From the NCBI RefSeq assembly GCF_965641715.1, contig NZ_OZ282453.1: a DNA stretch of 64,000 nt; one strand, written 5' to 3'. Positions 19,918 through 32,283 of this stretch are shown piece after piece. Below the pieces are notes generated by a model. It did no database searches and was not told where the DNA came from. It saw only the letters and a program-made list of their open reading frames with translations. The first letter of the stretch is position 1. The number at the start of each line of letters is the position of its first letter. This DNA is from Escherichia coli. Its GTDB lineage: Bacteria; Pseudomonadota; Gammaproteobacteria; Enterobacterales; Enterobacteriaceae. The position numbers and the translations under genes are program-made.

Positions 19918-20297
19918 CGCTTCTCCCAGCCGCCCTGTTGTGCCGTAAATCCCAGTGCCTGCATAAACGCCGTCATCACACCGCGATCTTCCACGCCTGC
20001 ATCCGCCATCCACCAGCATGAAACGCCAGGATTGTTACGCAAAACCTCTTCCAGCAGATATTGCCCCACACCGCGACGTCGAGTGACTTCCCGCACGCGC
20101 AGGGAATCCAGTGCCCCCTCGGTGCCGCTTAAGGTTACCCGCACGGCAGCAAGCAGGCGCTCGTTAAAACGCGCGGCGTAGATACGGTGGTTATCGTCAA
20201 CCTGTAACGAGGAAGGGGAATACTCCGGCCAGATCTTTTGCAGGTCAATCCGGTCCTGGTCGCTAAATTTTTCTAATCGAATGATGGTCAGCTTCAT
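19914..20297 (-). CDS. panM: PanD maturation factor (GNAT fold)
   Basis: 127 aa, same length as K-12 PanZ/PanM; synteny between livJ and livK. Confidence 0.85.
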   Translation of the reverse strand: MKLTIIRLEKFSDQDRIDLQKIWPEYSPSSLQVDDNHRIYAARFNERLLAAVRVTLSGTEGALDSLRVREVTRRRGVGQYLLEEVLRNNPGVSCWWMADAGVEDRGVMTAFMQALGFTAQQGGWEKR

Positions 20298-20720
20298 GGG
20301 TAACCCGTGTAAATCACAAAAGTGGAACCAGTGTAGCGAAATAATTTAATCGGAGGCTTTCTCTTTTTTATTTCTTTTGGCAGGTGATTAATTTTTTAAC
20401 AGCAATAATTACAAAGTTAAAACATTAGAGAATGAAAAATGTCCAGCATAATCCCCTGAATGGTAGTGAATTATTCCGCCCTTTGTGCCGTTATTTTATG
20501 CTGACAAAGGCACCTTTTTCTGTTTATCTATCAATAAATTCAGAATATTATCTGTTCTTAATCGACTGAAAAATAGGGATTTTAATCGCTATTATCACAA
20601 AATACTGCGCTAAACCCTTAATCAAACAGGCAAAAACAGTGCAGTATAAAAAAAGAACAGTCTGATTTGTTAACACATAAGAACAAAGCAACACAACATC
20701 ACGAATGGGGATTTTTGACT

Positions 20721-21830
20721 ATGAAACGGAATGCGAAAACTATCATCGCAGGGATGATTGCACTGGCAATTTCACACACCGCTATGGCTGACGATATTAA
20801 AGTCGCCGTTGTCGGCGCCATGTCCGGCCCGATTGCCCAGTGGGGCGATATGGAATTTAACGGCGCGCGTCAGGCGATTAAAGACATTAATGCCAAAGGA
20901 GGGATTAAAGGCGATAAGCTGGTTGGCGTGGAATATGACGACGCCTGCGACCCGAAACAAGCCGTTGCGGTCGCCAACAAAATCGTTAATGACGGCATTA
21001 AATACGTTATTGGTCATCTGTGTTCTTCTTCTACCCAGCCTGCGTCAGATATCTATGAAGACGAAGGTATTCTGATGATCTCGCCGGGAGCGACCAACCC
21101 GGAGCTGACCCAACGCGGTTATCAACACATTATGCGTACTGCCGGGCTGGACTCTTCCCAGGGGCCAACGGCGGCAAAATACATTCTTGAGACGGTGAAG
21201 CCCCAGCGCATCGCCATCATTCACGACAAACAACAGTATGGCGAAGGGCTGGCGCGTTCGGTGCAGGACGGGCTGAAAGCGGCTAACGCCAACGTCGTCT
21301 TCTTCGACGGTATTACCGCCGGGGAGAAAGATTTCTCCGCGCTGATCGCCCGCCTGAAAAAAGAAAACATCGACTTCGTTTACTACGGCGGTTACTACCC
21401 GGAAATGGGGCAGATGCTGCGCCAGGCCCGTTCCGTTGGCCTGAAAACCCAGTTTATGGGGCCGGAAGGTGTGGGTAACGCATCATTGTCGAATATTGCC
21501 GGTGATGCCGCCGAAGGCATGTTGGTCACTATGCCAAAACGCTATGACCAGGATCCGGCAAACCAGGGCATCGTTGATGCGCTGAAAGCAGACAAGAAAG
21601 ATCCGTCCGGGCCTTATGTCTGGATCACCTACGCGGCGGTGCAATCTCTGGCAACTGCCCTTGAGCGTACCGGCAGCGATGAGCCGCTGGCGCTGGTGAA
21701 AGATTTAAAAGCTAACGGTGCAAACACCGTGATTGGGCCGCTGAACTGGGATGAAAAAGGCGATCTTAAGGGATTTGATTTTGGTGTCTTCCAGTGGCAC
21801 GCCGACGGTTCATCCACGGCAGCCAAGTGA
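20721..21830 (+). CDS. livK: Leucine-specific periplasmic binding protein
   Basis: ORF 20667..21830; start [23 protein letters not shown]; paralog of livJ. Confidence 0.95.
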
Positions 21831-21877
21831 TCATCCCACCGCCCGTAAAATGCGGGCGGGTTTAGAAAGGTTACCTT

Positions 21878-22804
21878 ATGTCTGAGCAGTTTTTATATTT
21901 CTTGCAGCAGATGTTTAACGGCGTCACGCTGGGCAGTACCTACGCGCTGATAGCCATCGGCTACACCATGGTTTACGGCATTATCGGCATGATCAACTTC
22001 GCCCACGGCGAGGTTTATATGATTGGTAGCTATGTCTCCTTTATGATCATCGCCGCGCTGATGATGATGGGCATTGATACCGGCTGGCTGCTGGTGGCGG
22101 CGGGATTCGTCGGCGCAATCGTCATTGCCAGCGCCTACGGCTGGAGTATCGAACGGGTGGCCTATCGCCCGGTGCGTAACTCTAAGCGCCTGATTGCGCT
22201 TATCTCCGCAATCGGTATGTCCATCTTCCTGCAAAACTACGTCAGCCTGACCGAAGGTTCGCGCGACGTGGCGCTGCCCAGCCTGTTTAACGGTCAGTGG
22301 GTGGTGGGCCACAGCGAAAACTTCTCTGCCTCTATTACTACCATGCAGGCGGTGATCTGGATTGTTACTTTCCTCGCCATGCTGGCGCTGACGATTTTCA
22401 TTCGCTATTCCCGCATGGGGCGGGCCTGTCGTGCCTGCGCGGAAGATCTGAAAATGGCGAGTCTGCTTGGCATTAACACCGACCGGGTGATTGCGCTGAC
22501 CTTTGTGATTGGTGCGGCGATGGCGGCGGTAGCGGGCGTACTGCTCGGTCAGTTCTACGGCGTCATTAACCCCTATATCGGCTTTATGGCCGGGATGAAA
22601 GCCTTTACCGCTGCGGTGCTCGGTGGGATTGGCAGCATTCCGGGAGCGATGATTGGCGGCCTGATTCTGGGGATTGCGGAAGCGCTCTCTTCTGCCTATC
22701 TGAGTACGGAATATAAGGATGTGGTCTCATTTGCCCTGCTGATTCTGGTGCTGCTGGTGATGCCGACCGGTATTCTGGGTCGCCCGGAGGTAGAGAAAGT
22801 ATGA
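21878..22804 (+). CDS. livH: Branched-chain amino acid ABC permease
   Basis: 308 aa; operon position. Confidence 0.95.
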   Translation: MSEQFLYFLQQMFNGVTLGSTYALIAIGYTMVYGIIGMINFAHGEVYMIGSYVSFMIIAALMMMGIDTGWLLVAAGFVGAIVIASAYGWSIERVAYRPVRNSKRLIALISAIGMSIFLQNYVSLTEGSRDVALPSLFNGQWVVGHSENFSASITTMQAVIWIVTFLAMLALTIFIRYSRMGRACRACAEDLKMASLLGINTDRVIALTFVIGAAMAAVAGVLLGQFYGVINPYIGFMAGMKAFTAAVLGGIGSIPGAMIGGLILGIAEALSSAYLSTEYKDVVSFALLILVLLVMPTGILGRPEVEKV

Positions 22805-24078
22805 AACCGATGCATATTGCAATGGCACTGCTCTCTGCCGCGATGTTCTTTGTCCTGGCAGGCGTTTTTATGGGCGTGCAACTGGAGCTGGATGGCACCA
22901 AACTGGTGGTCGACAGCGCTTCGGATGTCCGTTGGCAGTGGGTGTTTATCGGCACGGCGGTGGTCTTTTTATTCCAGATTTTGCGACCTGCTTTCCAGAA
23001 AGGGCTGAAAAGCGTTTCCGGACCGAAGTTTATTCTGCCCGCGATTGATGGCTCCACGGTGAAGCAAAAGCTGTTTCTCGTGGCGCTGCTGGTGCTTGCG
23101 GTGGCGTGGCCGTTTATGGTTTCACGCGGGACGGTGGATATCGCCACCTTGACCATGATCTACATTATCCTCGGACTCGGGCTGAACGTGGTTGTTGGTC
23201 TTTCTGGTCTGCTGGTGCTGGGGTACGGCGGCTTTTACGCCATCGGCGCTTACACTTTTGCGCTGCTCAATCACTATTACGGTCTGGGGTTCTGGACCTG
23301 TTTGCCGATTGCCGGGTTAATGGCAGCGGCGGCGGGCTTCCTGCTCGGCTTCCCGGTGTTGCGTTTACGTGGCGACTATCTGGCGATCGTTACCCTCGGT
23401 TTCGGCGAAATTGTGCGCATATTGCTGCTCAATAACACCGAAATTACCGGTGGTCCGAACGGTATCAGTCAGATCCCGAAACCGACACTCTTCGGACTCG
23501 AGTTCAGCCGCACCGCCCGTGAAGGCGGCTGGGACACGTTTAGTAATTTCTTTGGCCTGAAATACGATCCCTCCGATCGCGTCATCTTCCTCTACCTGGT
23601 GGCGTTGCTGCTGGTGGTATTAAGCCTGTTTGTCATTAACCGCCTGCTGCGGATGCCGCTGGGTCGCGCCTGGGAAGCGTTGCGTGAAGACGAAATCGCC
23701 TGCCGTTCGCTGGGCTTAAGCCCGCGTCGTATCAAGCTGACTGCCTTTACCATCAGCGCCGCGTTTGCCGGTTTTGCCGGAACGCTGTTTGCTGCGCGTC
23801 AGGGCTTTGTCAGCCCGGAATCCTTCACCTTTGCCGAATCGGCGTTTGTGCTGGCGATAGTGGTGCTCGGCGGTATGGGCTCGCAATTTGCGGTAATTCT
23901 GGCGGCAATTTTGCTGGTGGTGTCGCGCGAGTTGATGCGTGATTTCAACGAATACAGCATGTTAATGCTCGGTGGTTTGATGGTGCTGATGATGATCTGG
24001 CGTCCGCAGGGCTTGCTGCCCATGACGCGCCCGCAACTGAAGCTGAAAAACGGCGCAGCGAAAGGAGAGCAGGCATGA
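22801..24078 (+). CDS. livM: Branched-chain amino acid ABC permease
   Basis: 425 aa; overlaps livH stop. Confidence 0.95.
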   Translation: MKPMHIAMALLSAAMFFVLAGVFMGVQLELDGTKLVVDSASDVRWQWVFIGTAVVFLFQILRPAFQKGLKSVSGPKFILPAIDGSTVKQKLFLVALLVLAVAWPFMVSRGTVDIATLTMIYIILGLGLNVVVGLSGLLVLGYGGFYAIGAYTFALLNHYYGLGFWTCLPIAGLMAAAAGFLLGFPVLRLRGDYLAIVTLGFGEIVRILLLNNTEITGGPNGISQIPKPTLFGLEFSRTAREGGWDTFSNFFGLKYDPSDRVIFLYLVALLLVVLSLFVINRLLRMPLGRAWEALREDEIACRSLGLSPRRIKLTAFTISAAFAGFAGTLFAARQGFVSPESFTFAESAFVLAIVVLGGMGSQFAVILAAILLVVSRELMRDFNEYSMLMLGGLMVLMMIWRPQGLLPMTRPQLKLKNGAAKGEQA

Positions 24079-24842
24079 GTCAGCCATTATTATCTGTTAA
24101 CGGCCTGATGATGCGCTTCGGCGGCCTGCTGGCGGTGAACAACGTCAATCTTGAACTGTACCCGCAGGAGATCGTCTCGTTAATCGGCCCTAACGGTGCC
24201 GGAAAAACCACGGTCTTCAACTGCCTGACCGGTTTCTACAAACCCACCGGCGGCACCATTTTACTGCGCGATCAGCATCTGGAAGGTTTGCCGGGGCAGC
24301 AAATCGCCCGCATGGGCGTGGTGCGTACCTTCCAGCATGTGCGTCTGTTCCGTGAAATGACGGTAATTGAAAACCTGCTGGTGGCGCAGCATCAGCAACT
24401 GAAAACCGGGCTGTTCTCAGGCCTGTTGAAAACGCCGTCTTTCCGTCGCGCCCAAAGTGAAGCGCTCGACCGCGCCGCCACCTGGCTTGAGCGCATTGGT
24501 TTGCTGGAACACGCCAACCGTCAGGCGAGTAACCTGGCCTATGGTGACCAGCGCCGTCTGGAGATCGCCCGCTGCATGGTGACGCAGCCGGAGATTTTAA
24601 TGCTCGACGAACCTGCGGCAGGTCTTAACCCGAAAGAAACGAAAGAGCTGGATGAGCTGATTGCCGAACTGCGTAACCATCACAACACCACTATCTTGTT
24701 GATTGAACACGATATGAAGCTGGTGATGGGAATTTCGGACCGAATTTACGTGGTCAATCAGGGGACGCCGCTGGCAAACGGTACGCCGGAGCAAATCCGT
24801 AATAACCCGGACGTGATCCGTGCCTATTTAGGTGAGGCATAA
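24075..24842 (+). CDS. livG: Branched-chain amino acid ABC ATPase
   Basis: 255 aa; Walker [10 protein letters not shown]. Confidence 0.95.
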   Translation: MSQPLLSVNGLMMRFGGLLAVNNVNLELYPQEIVSLIGPNGAGKTTVFNCLTGFYKPTGGTILLRDQHLEGLPGQQIARMGVVRTFQHVRLFREMTVIENLLVAQHQQLKTGLFSGLLKTPSFRRAQSEALDRAATWLERIGLLEHANRQASNLAYGDQRRLEIARCMVTQPEILMLDEPAAGLNPKETKELDELIAELRNHHNTTILLIEHDMKLVMGISDRIYVVNQGTPLANGTPEQIRNNPDVIRAYLGEA

Positions 24843-24843
24843 G

Positions 24844-25557
24844 ATGGAAAAAGTCATGTTGTCCTTTGACAAAGTCAGCGCCCACTACGGCAAAATCCAG
24901 GCGCTGCATGAGGTGAGCCTGCATATCAATCAGGGCGAGATTGTCACGCTGATTGGCGCGAACGGGGCGGGGAAAACCACCTTGCTCGGCACGTTATGCG
25001 GCGATCCGCGCGCCACCAGCGGGCGAATTGTGTTTGATGATAAAGACATTACCGACTGGCAGACGGCGAAAATCATGCGCGAAGCGGTAGCGATTGTCCC
25101 GGAAGGGCGTCGCGTCTTCTCGCGGATGACGGTGGAAGAGAACCTGGCGATGGGCGGCTTTTTTGCCGAACGTGATCAGTTTCAGGAGCGCATAAAGTGG
25201 GTGTATGAGCTGTTTCCACGTCTTCATGAGCGTCGTGTTCAGCGGGCGGGCACCATGTCCGGCGGTGAACAGCAGATGCTGGCGATTGGTCGCGCGCTGA
25301 TGAGCAACCCGCGTTTGTTGTTGCTTGATGAGCCATCGCTCGGTCTTGCGCCGATTATCATCCAGCAAATTTTCGACACCATCGAGCAGCTGCGCGAGCA
25401 GGGGATGACGATCTTCCTCGTCGAGCAGAACGCCAACCAGGCGCTGAAGCTGGCGGATCGCGGCTACGTGCTGGAAAACGGCCATGTTGTGCTCTCCGAT
25501 ACCGGCGATGCGCTGCTGGCGAACGAAGCAGTGAGAAGTGCGTATTTAGGCGGGTAA
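24844..25557 (+). CDS. livF: Branched-chain amino acid ABC ATPase
   Basis: ORF 24832..25557; start MEKVMLSF; Walker A GANGAGKTT. Confidence 0.95.
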   Translation: MEKVMLSFDKVSAHYGKIQALHEVSLHINQGEIVTLIGANGAGKTTLLGTLCGDPRATSGRIVFDDKDITDWQTAKIMREAVAIVPEGRRVFSRMTVEENLAMGGFFAERDQFQERIKWVYELFPRLHERRVQRAGTMSGGEQQMLAIGRALMSNPRLLLLDEPSLGLAPIIIQQIFDTIEQLREQGMTIFLVEQNANQALKLADRGYVLENGHVVLSDTGDALLANEAVRSAYLGG

Positions 25558-25675
25558 ATTATCGAATACCCGGCAGCCACGTTCTGCCGGGATCTTCGTC
25601 CGTATACAGACTTGTTTCAACTGACCGGGAGGATTAAAACCAGACCACTTATTTGCCACGGAAAGGTTCCCTCCC

Positions 25676-26422
25676 ATGCATTATGCCGTTGTTGTCATGC
25701 TTGAACTGCTTTGCTGTATTCACGCTTACCGTACCGGACAAGAGCGGTACTGGATTTTTATCATTTTCTGTTTTCCGGTGATTGGCTGCGTGGCGTATTT
25801 CGTCATAGTGATGCTGCCTGAAACGGGCGCTGACCGTCACGGGCATACTTTGCTGATGCGCCTGCAGAACAAACTCAACCCTGAGCGCCACCTGCGCAAA
25901 TTAACCGAAGAACTGGCGATTGCCGAGACGAATCAAAACCATTATGCGTTGGCTAATGAACTGGCGCGTCTGGGGCGTTATCACGAAGCTGTTCCCCATT
26001 ATCAGCAGGCGTTAAGCGGGATATTCGCCCATGAAGCGGCAATGATGCTAAGCCTGGCGCAGGCACAGTTTGCTATTCAGGAGTTCGCCGCCTGTCAGCA
26101 GACGCTGGAAGATGTGATGCGTTATAACCCTGATTTTCAGTCGGCAGACGGGCATTTGTTATTTGCCAGAACGTTAGCCGCACAAGAAAAATACGCTGAT
26201 GCGGAAAGCGAGTTTGAAGTATTGATTTCTTATTACCCCGGCCCGCAGGCGCGTATTTACTATGCGGAAATGTTGGCGAAAATGAGTCGGTTACGTGAAG
26301 CCAACGAGCAGTATGTTGCCGTGGTTGATACGGCTAAACGCTCAAGACCTCATTATAGAAAACACCACCGGGAATGGATTAAGACCGCCAATGAACGGCT
26401 GAAGCAGAGTGTGGTGCAATGA
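25676..26422 (+). CDS. Hypothetical membrane-anchored protein with TPR-like helical domain (248 aa)
   Basis: ORF track; two N-terminal hydrophobic segments then helical repeat-like region; lies in an intergenic space that I recall as much shorter in K-12. Confidence 0.45.
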   Translation: MHYAVVVMLELLCCIHAYRTGQERYWIFIIFCFPVIGCVAYFVIVMLPETGADRHGHTLLMRLQNKLNPERHLRKLTEELAIAETNQNHYALANELARLGRYHEAVPHYQQALSGIFAHEAAMMLSLAQAQFAIQEFAACQQTLEDVMRYNPDFQSADGHLLFARTLAAQEKYADAESEFEVLISYYPGPQARIYYAEMLAKMSRLREANEQYVAVVDTAKRSRPHYRKHHREWIKTANERLKQSVVQ

Positions 26423-26639
26423 AAATCTTCTTTGCCGTTAGACCAGTGTCGCGGCAATCTTTTGTTAAAATTGAAAAATGTAGCTCTCATCGGGCAGCAA
26501 AACTGGACGCAGAATTTGCTGCCATTTTTGCTCTTCATGGTAAGGAGTTCTGGCGATTAGCTGGCCGTTAATCGCCTCTTTTCAGTGCATTCTCGGGATA
26601 TCCGTGCCCCATCTCCCATTTTCCCTCACCCGTACCGTC

Positions 26640-26760
26640 ACCGCCTTGTCATCTTTCTGACACCTTACTATCTTACAAATGTAACAAAAAAGTTATTTTT
26701 CTGTAATTCGAGCATGTCATGTTACCCCGCGAGCATAAAACGCGTGAATTCGCGCATTCG
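26640..26760 (+). promoter_or_regulatory. ugpB promoter region with Pho-box-like repeats
   Basis: Repeated CTGTCAT/ATGTCAT/CTGTAAT-like heptamers upstream of ugpB; ugp is a known Pho-regulon operon. Confidence 0.5.
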
Positions 26761-26781
26761 GTACAACAAGAGAGATAAACG

Positions 26782-28098
26782 ATGAAACCGTTACATTATA
26801 CAGCTTCAGCACTGGCGCTCGGACTGGCGTTAATGGGGAATGCACAGGCAGTGACGACCATTCCGTTCTGGCATTCTATGGAAGGGGAACTGGGTAAAGA
26901 GGTGGATTCTCTGGCCCAACGTTTTAACGCCGAAAACCCGGATTACAAAATTGTACCGACCTATAAAGGCAACTACGAACAGAATTTAAGCGCGGGGATT
27001 GCCGCATTTCGTACCGGCAATGCTCCGGCTATTTTGCAGGTTTATGAAGTTGGCACCGCCACCATGATGGCGTCGAAAGCCATTAAACCGGTATATGACG
27101 TGTTTAAAGAGGCGGGGATTCAATTCGATGAGTCGCAGTTTGTGCCGACGGTTTCCGGTTACTACTCCGACAGCAAAACGGGCCACTTACTCTCCCAGCC
27201 ATTCAACAGCTCGACCCCCGTTCTCTATTACAACAAAGACGCCTTCAAGAAAGCGGGGTTAGACCCGGAACAACCGCCGAAAACCTGGCAGGATCTGGCG
27301 GACTATGCCGCAAAACTAAAAGCCTCCGGCATGAAGTGCGGCTACGCCAGCGGCTGGCAGGGCTGGATCCAACTGGAAAACTTTAGCGCCTGGAACGGTC
27401 TGCCGTTTGCCAGCAAGAACAACGGTTTTGACGGCACAGACGCGGTGCTTGAGTTCAACAAGCCGGAGCAGGTGAAACACATCGCCATGCTCGAAGAGAT
27501 GAACAAGAAGGGCGATTTCAGCTACGTCGGGCGTAAGGATGAATCCACCGAGAAGTTCTATAACGGTGATTGCGCGATGACCACCGCCTCTTCCGGTTCT
27601 CTCGCTAACATTCGTGAGTACGCCAAATTTAACTACGGCGTAGGCATGATGCCTTACGACGCCAATGCGAAAGATGCACCGCAAAACGCCATTATCGGCG
27701 GGGCCAGCCTGTGGGTGATGCAGGGCAAAGATAAAGAAACGTATACCGGCGTGGCGAAGTTCCTCGACTTCCTCGCGAAGCCAGAAAACGCTGCCGAGTG
27801 GCATCAGAAAACCGGTTATCTGCCAATCACCAAAGCAGCGTATGACCTGACCCGTGAGCAGGGCTTTTATGAGAAAAACCCAGGGGCGGATACCGCGACG
27901 CGTCAGATGCTGAATAAGCCGCCGTTGCCGTTCACTAAAGGGCTGCGTCTGGGCAACATGCCGCAGATCCGCGTGATTGTGGATGAAGAGCTGGAGAGCG
28001 TGTGGACCGGTAAGAAGACACCGCAGCAGGCACTGGATACCGCCGTTGAGCGTGGGAACCAGTTACTGCGCCGCTTTGAGAAATCGACGAAGTCTTAA
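26782..28098 (+). CDS. ugpB: sn-glycerol-3-phosphate periplasmic binding protein
   Basis: 438 aa with signal peptide. Confidence 0.95.
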   Translation: MKPLHYTASALALGLALMGNAQAVTTIPFWHSMEGELGKEVDSLAQRFNAENPDYKIVPTYKGNYEQNLSAGIAAFRTGNAPAILQVYEVGTATMMASKAIKPVYDVFKEAGIQFDESQFVPTVSGYYSDSKTGHLLSQPFNSSTPVLYYNKDAFKKAGLDPEQPPKTWQDLADYAAKLKASGMKCGYASGWQGWIQLENFSAWNGLPFASKNNGFDGTDAVLEFNKPEQVKHIAMLEEMNKKGDFSYVGRKDESTEKFYNGDCAMTTASSGSLANIREYAKFNYGVGMMPYDANAKDAPQNAIIGGASLWVMQGKDKETYTGVAKFLDFLAKPENAAEWHQKTGYLPITKAAYDLTREQGFYEKNPGADTATRQMLNKPPLPFTKGLRLGNMPQIRVIVDEELESVWTGKKTPQQALDTAVERGNQLLRRFEKSTKS

Positions 28099-28104
28099 TC
28101 AGTG

Positions 28105-28185
28105 TAATGTCGGATGCGTTTCGCTTATCTGACCTGGCATCGCGTGTAGGCCGGATAAGCGAAGCGCATCCGGCACAGTTCAGGA
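28105..28185. repeat. REP element between ugpB and ugpA
   Basis: gtaggccggataagcgaagcgcatccggca palindromic unit. Confidence 0.7.
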
Positions 28186-28195
28186 ATTAACCGTA

Positions 28196-29083
28196 ATGTC
28201 ATCATCCCGTCCGGTGTTCCGCTCGCGCTGGCTGCCTTATCTGCTGGTCGCGCCGCAGCTCATCATCACCGTTATCTTTTTTATCTGGCCTGCGGGCGAA
28301 GCGTTGTGGTACTCGCTGCAAAGCGTCGATCCGTTTGGTTTCTCCAGCCAGTTTGTCGGCCTGGATAACTTCGTCGCGCTGTTTCATGACAGCTACTATC
28401 TCGACTCCTTCTGGACGACGATAAAATTCAGCACCTTTGTCACCGTCAGCGGTTTGCTGGTATCGCTGTTCTTTGCGGCGCTGGTGGAGTACATCGTGCG
28501 CGGCAGTCGTTTCTATCAAACCTTGATGCTGCTGCCGTATGCCGTGGCTCCCGCCGTTGCCGCCGTATTGTGGATCTTCCTGTTTAACCCCGGTCGCGGG
28601 CTGATCACCTATTTTCTCGCTGAGTTCGGCTACGACTGGAACCACGCGCAAAATAGCGGTCAGGCGATGTTTCTGGTGGTGTTTGCCTCAGTATGGAAGC
28701 AAATCAGCTACAACTTCCTGTTCTTCTATGCCGCGCTGCAATCCATTCCCCGTTCGTTGATCGAAGCCGCAGCCATCGACGGTGCAGGGCCGATTCGCCG
28801 CTTCTTTAAGATTGCGCTGCCGCTTATCGCCCCGGTGAGTTTCTTCCTGCTGGTAGTGAACCTGGTGTATGCCTTCTTCGACACCTTCCCGGTGATCGAC
28901 GCCGCCACGTCCGGCGGGCCGGTTCAGGCCACCACGACGCTGATTTATAAGATCTACCGCGAAGGCTTTACCGGACTGGATCTGGCTTCGTCTGCCGCGC
29001 AGTCGGTGGTGTTGATGTTCCTCGTCATCGTGCTGACGGTGGTGCAGTTCCGCTATGTTGAAAGCAAGGTGCGTTACCAATGA
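28196..29083 (+). CDS. ugpA: G3P ABC permease
   Basis: 295 aa; synteny. Confidence 0.95.
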
Positions 29084-29925
29084 TTGAGAACCGTCCGTGG
29101 CTGACGATATTCAGCCATACCATGCTGATCCTCGGGATCGCGGTGATCCTATTCCCGCTGTACGTGGCGTTTGTCGCGGCGACGCTGGATAAACAGGCCG
29201 TCTACGCCGCGCCGATGACGCTCATCCCCGGCACGCATCTGCTGGAAAACATCCACAACATCTGGGTAAACGGGGTAGGCACAAATAGTGCGCCGTTCTG
29301 GCGGATGTTGCTTAACAGCTTCGTGATGGCGTTCAGCATTACGCTCGGCAAAATTACCGTCTCGATGCTCTCGGCATTCGCCATTGTCTGGTTTCGTTTT
29401 CCGCTGCGTAACCTCTTTTTCTGGATGATTTTTATCACCCTGATGTTGCCGGTTGAAGTACGTATCTTCCCGACGGTGGAAGTCATCGCCAACCTGAAGA
29501 TGCTCGACAGCTACGCAGGTTTAACGCTGCCGCTGATGGCCTCGGCGACCGCGACGTTTCTTTTCCGCCAGTTCTTTATGACCCTACCGGATGAACTGGT
29601 GGAAGCCGCGCGGATCGACGGCGCGTCGCCAATGCGCTTCTTTTGCGACATCGTTTTTCCGTTGTCCAAAACTAATCTGGCGGCGTTGTTTGTGATCACC
29701 TTTATTTACGGCTGGAACCAGTATTTGTGGCCGTTGTTGATTATTACCGACGTGGATCTCGGCACCACCGTGGCAGGGATCAAAGGGATGATCGCCACTG
29801 GCGAAGGCACCACAGAATGGAACTCAGTGATGGCGGCGATGTTGTTAACCCTGATCCCACCAGTAGTGATTGTTTTAGTGATGCAGCGTGCCTTCGTGCG
29901 CGGCCTGGTCGATAGTGAGAAATAA
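29080..29925 (+). CDS. ugpE: G3P ABC permease
   Basis: 281 aa; synteny. Confidence 0.95.
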
Positions 29926-29926
29926 G

Positions 29927-30997
29927 ATGGCAGGACTGAAATTACAGGCAGTAACCAAAAGCTGGGATGGCAAAACCCAGGTGATTAAACCGCTGACCCT
30001 TGATGTGGCGGATGGCGAATTTATCGTGATGGTCGGGCCGTCAGGCTGCGGGAAATCGACGCTGCTGCGCATGGTTGCCGGGCTGGAGCGGGTGACGGAA
30101 GGCGATATCTGGATCAACGACCAGCGGGTGACCGAAATGGAGCCGAAAGATCGCGGGATTGCGATGGTGTTCCAGAACTACGCGCTTTATCCGCATATGA
30201 GTGTTGAAGAAAACATGGCGTGGGGGCTGAAAATTCGCGGCATGGGCAAGCAGCAAATTGCCGAGCGCGTTAAAGAAGCGGCGCGCATTCTGGAGCTGGA
30301 CGGCCTGCTCAAACGTCGCCCACGCGAGCTTTCCGGCGGTCAGCGCCAGCGTGTGGCGATGGGACGCGCGATTGTGCGCGATCCGGCGGTGTTCCTGTTT
30401 GATGAGCCCCTCTCTAACCTCGATGCCAAGCTGCGCGTACAGATGCGTCTTGAACTGCAACAGCTGCACCGTCGCCTGAAAACGACTTCACTCTACGTTA
30501 CTCACGATCAGGTTGAGGCGATGACCCTCGCCCAGCGAGTAATGGTGATGAACGGCGGCGTTGCCGAACAGATTGGCACGCCAGTTGAAGTCTACGAAAA
30601 GCCCGCCAGCCTGTTTGTGGCGAGTTTTATTGGCAGTCCGGCGATGAATCTGCTGACAGGCCGCGTGAATAACGAAGGCACGCATTTCGAACTGGACGGC
30701 GGTATTGTGCTACCGCTAAACGGTAGTTACCGTCAGTATGCCGGGCGTAAAATGACTCTCGGCATTCGCCCGGAACATATTGCGCTAAGCTCGCAGGCAG
30801 AAGGCGGCGTACCGCTGGTGATGGACACGCTGGAGATCCTCGGCGCAGATAACCTGGCGCACGGACGCTGGGGCGAACAGAAGCTGGTGGTGCGACTGGC
30901 GCATCAGGAGCGCCCGACGGCAGGCAGCACGCTGTGGCTGCATCTGGCGGAAAATCAGCTGCATCTTTTTGATGGTGAAACAGGACAACGAGTATGA
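29927..30997 (+). CDS. ugpC: G3P ABC ATPase
   Basis: ORF 29888..30997; start MAGLKLQAV; Walker [10 protein letters not shown]. Confidence 0.95.
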   Translation: MAGLKLQAVTKSWDGKTQVIKPLTLDVADGEFIVMVGPSGCGKSTLLRMVAGLERVTEGDIWINDQRVTEMEPKDRGIAMVFQNYALYPHMSVEENMAWGLKIRGMGKQQIAERVKEAARILELDGLLKRRPRELSGGQRQRVAMGRAIVRDPAVFLFDEPLSNLDAKLRVQMRLELQQLHRRLKTTSLYVTHDQVEAMTLAQRVMVMNGGVAEQIGTPVEVYEKPASLFVASFIGSPAMNLLTGRVNNEGTHFELDGGIVLPLNGSYRQYAGRKMTLGIRPEHIALSSQAEGGVPLVMDTLEILGADNLAHGRWGEQKLVVRLAHQERPTAGSTLWLHLAENQLHLFDGETGQRV

Positions 30998-31737
30998 GTA
31001 ACTGGCCTTATCCCCGCATCGTCGCACATCGTGGCGGCGGTAAGCTGGCCCCGGAAAACACCCTGGCGGCAATCGACGTCGGGGCAAAATACGGTCATAA
31101 GATGATCGAATTTGACGCGAAGTTATCGAAAGATGGCGAGATCTTTCTGCTCCATGACGACAATCTCGAACGTACCAGCAACGGCTGGGGCGTCGCGGGT
31201 GAACTGAACTGGCAGGATTTACTACGTGTGGATGCAGGCAGTTGGTACGGCAAAGCGTTTAAAGGTGAGCCGCTGCCGTTGCTTTCGCAGGTGGCGGAAC
31301 GCTGTCGCGAACATGGGATGATGGCGAATATCGAAATCAAACCCACCACTGGCACTGGGCCATTAACGGGCAAAATGGTGGCGCTGGCGGCACGCGAGCT
31401 GTGGGCCGGTATGACGCCGCCGCTACTGTCATCGTTTGAGATTGATGCTTTAGAAGCCGCACAACGGGCAGTACCAGAACTGCCGCGCGGTTTGTTGCTG
31501 GATGAGTGGCGCGACGACTGGCGAGAACTGACCGCGCGGCTGGGCTGCGTCTCTATTCATCTCAATCATAAGTTGCTCGATAAAGCGCGAGTGATGCAGT
31601 TGAAAGACGCCGGATTACGGATTCTGGTTTATACCGTCAATAAACCCCAGCGCGCGGCAGAGTTGCTGCGCTGGGGCGTGGATTGCATCTGTACCGATGC
31701 GATTGATGTGATTGGTCCGAACTTTACGGCCCAATAG
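30994..31737 (+). CDS. ugpQ: Glycerophosphodiester phosphodiesterase
   Basis: 247 aa; GDPD-family N-terminus (HRGG). Confidence 0.95.
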   Translation: MSNWPYPRIVAHRGGGKLAPENTLAAIDVGAKYGHKMIEFDAKLSKDGEIFLLHDDNLERTSNGWGVAGELNWQDLLRVDAGSWYGKAFKGEPLPLLSQVAERCREHGMMANIEIKPTTGTGPLTGKMVALAARELWAGMTPPLLSSFEIDALEAAQRAVPELPRGLLLDEWRDDWRELTARLGCVSIHLNHKLLDKARVMQLKDAGLRILVYTVNKPQRAAELLRWGVDCICTDAIDVIGPNFTAQ

Positions 31738-32164
31738 TTTTCAACGGTATATCAGGCTGCGGCGTGCCGGGCTGATTCAGCATGTCGCCGTTTCTCCTCT
31801 CCGGCAACATATGCTGCTGATTCAACGAACTATCCGGATTACGGTTGCTGTTTAACATCCCGCCATTGGTGTTGGGCAGCATTTGCTGCCGGGCGGGATT
31901 TCGCTCCCCCGGCTGTGACTGCAACACCCGCTGAGAATTATTGTTTATCTGGTTTTCTAAATGCTGTTGTTGCAACTGAGTTTGCGTTTTCAGTTGCTGA
32001 TTCAGCATCCCTTTTTGCTGGATTTGCTGCGTTTGCATTTGGGTTTGCATCCGCTGCTGACTGGGGATCTGATACCCCGGCTGGTTAGGGTTATTCAGAG
32101 TATTAATGGGCTGTGCAAAGCCGACAAACGGCAGGAGTGCCGTAAGAATCAGAAGTCGTTTCAT
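31724..32164 (-). CDS. yhhA: Gln-rich secreted protein (DUF2756)
   Basis: 146 aa with signal peptide and Q/N-rich low-complexity region. Confidence 0.85.
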   Translation of the reverse strand: MKRLLILTALLPFVGFAQPINTLNNPNQPGYQIPSQQRMQTQMQTQQIQQKGMLNQQLKTQTQLQQQHLENQINNNSQRVLQSQPGERNPARQQMLPNTNGGMLNSNRNPDSSLNQQHMLPERRNGDMLNQPGTPQPDIPLKTIGP

Positions 32165-32283
32165 CGCGTATCCTCCTCTGAAGATATTCTTTAAGTTTAC
32201 TCCTTTCCTGCAATCATCAGGATTAATTCAGAGTTATATACCAGGCTTAGCTGGGGTTGCCCCTTAATCTCTGGAGAATAACG

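Noticed and set aside
22605-23156. 183-aa minus-strand ORF across the livH/livM junction
   Set aside because: Antisense to two conserved permease genes; shadow ORF.
31800-32100. Gln/Asn-rich repetitive coding sequence (yhhA)
   Set aside because: Known compositional feature of this small secreted protein; not a tandem DNA repeat array or CRISPR.
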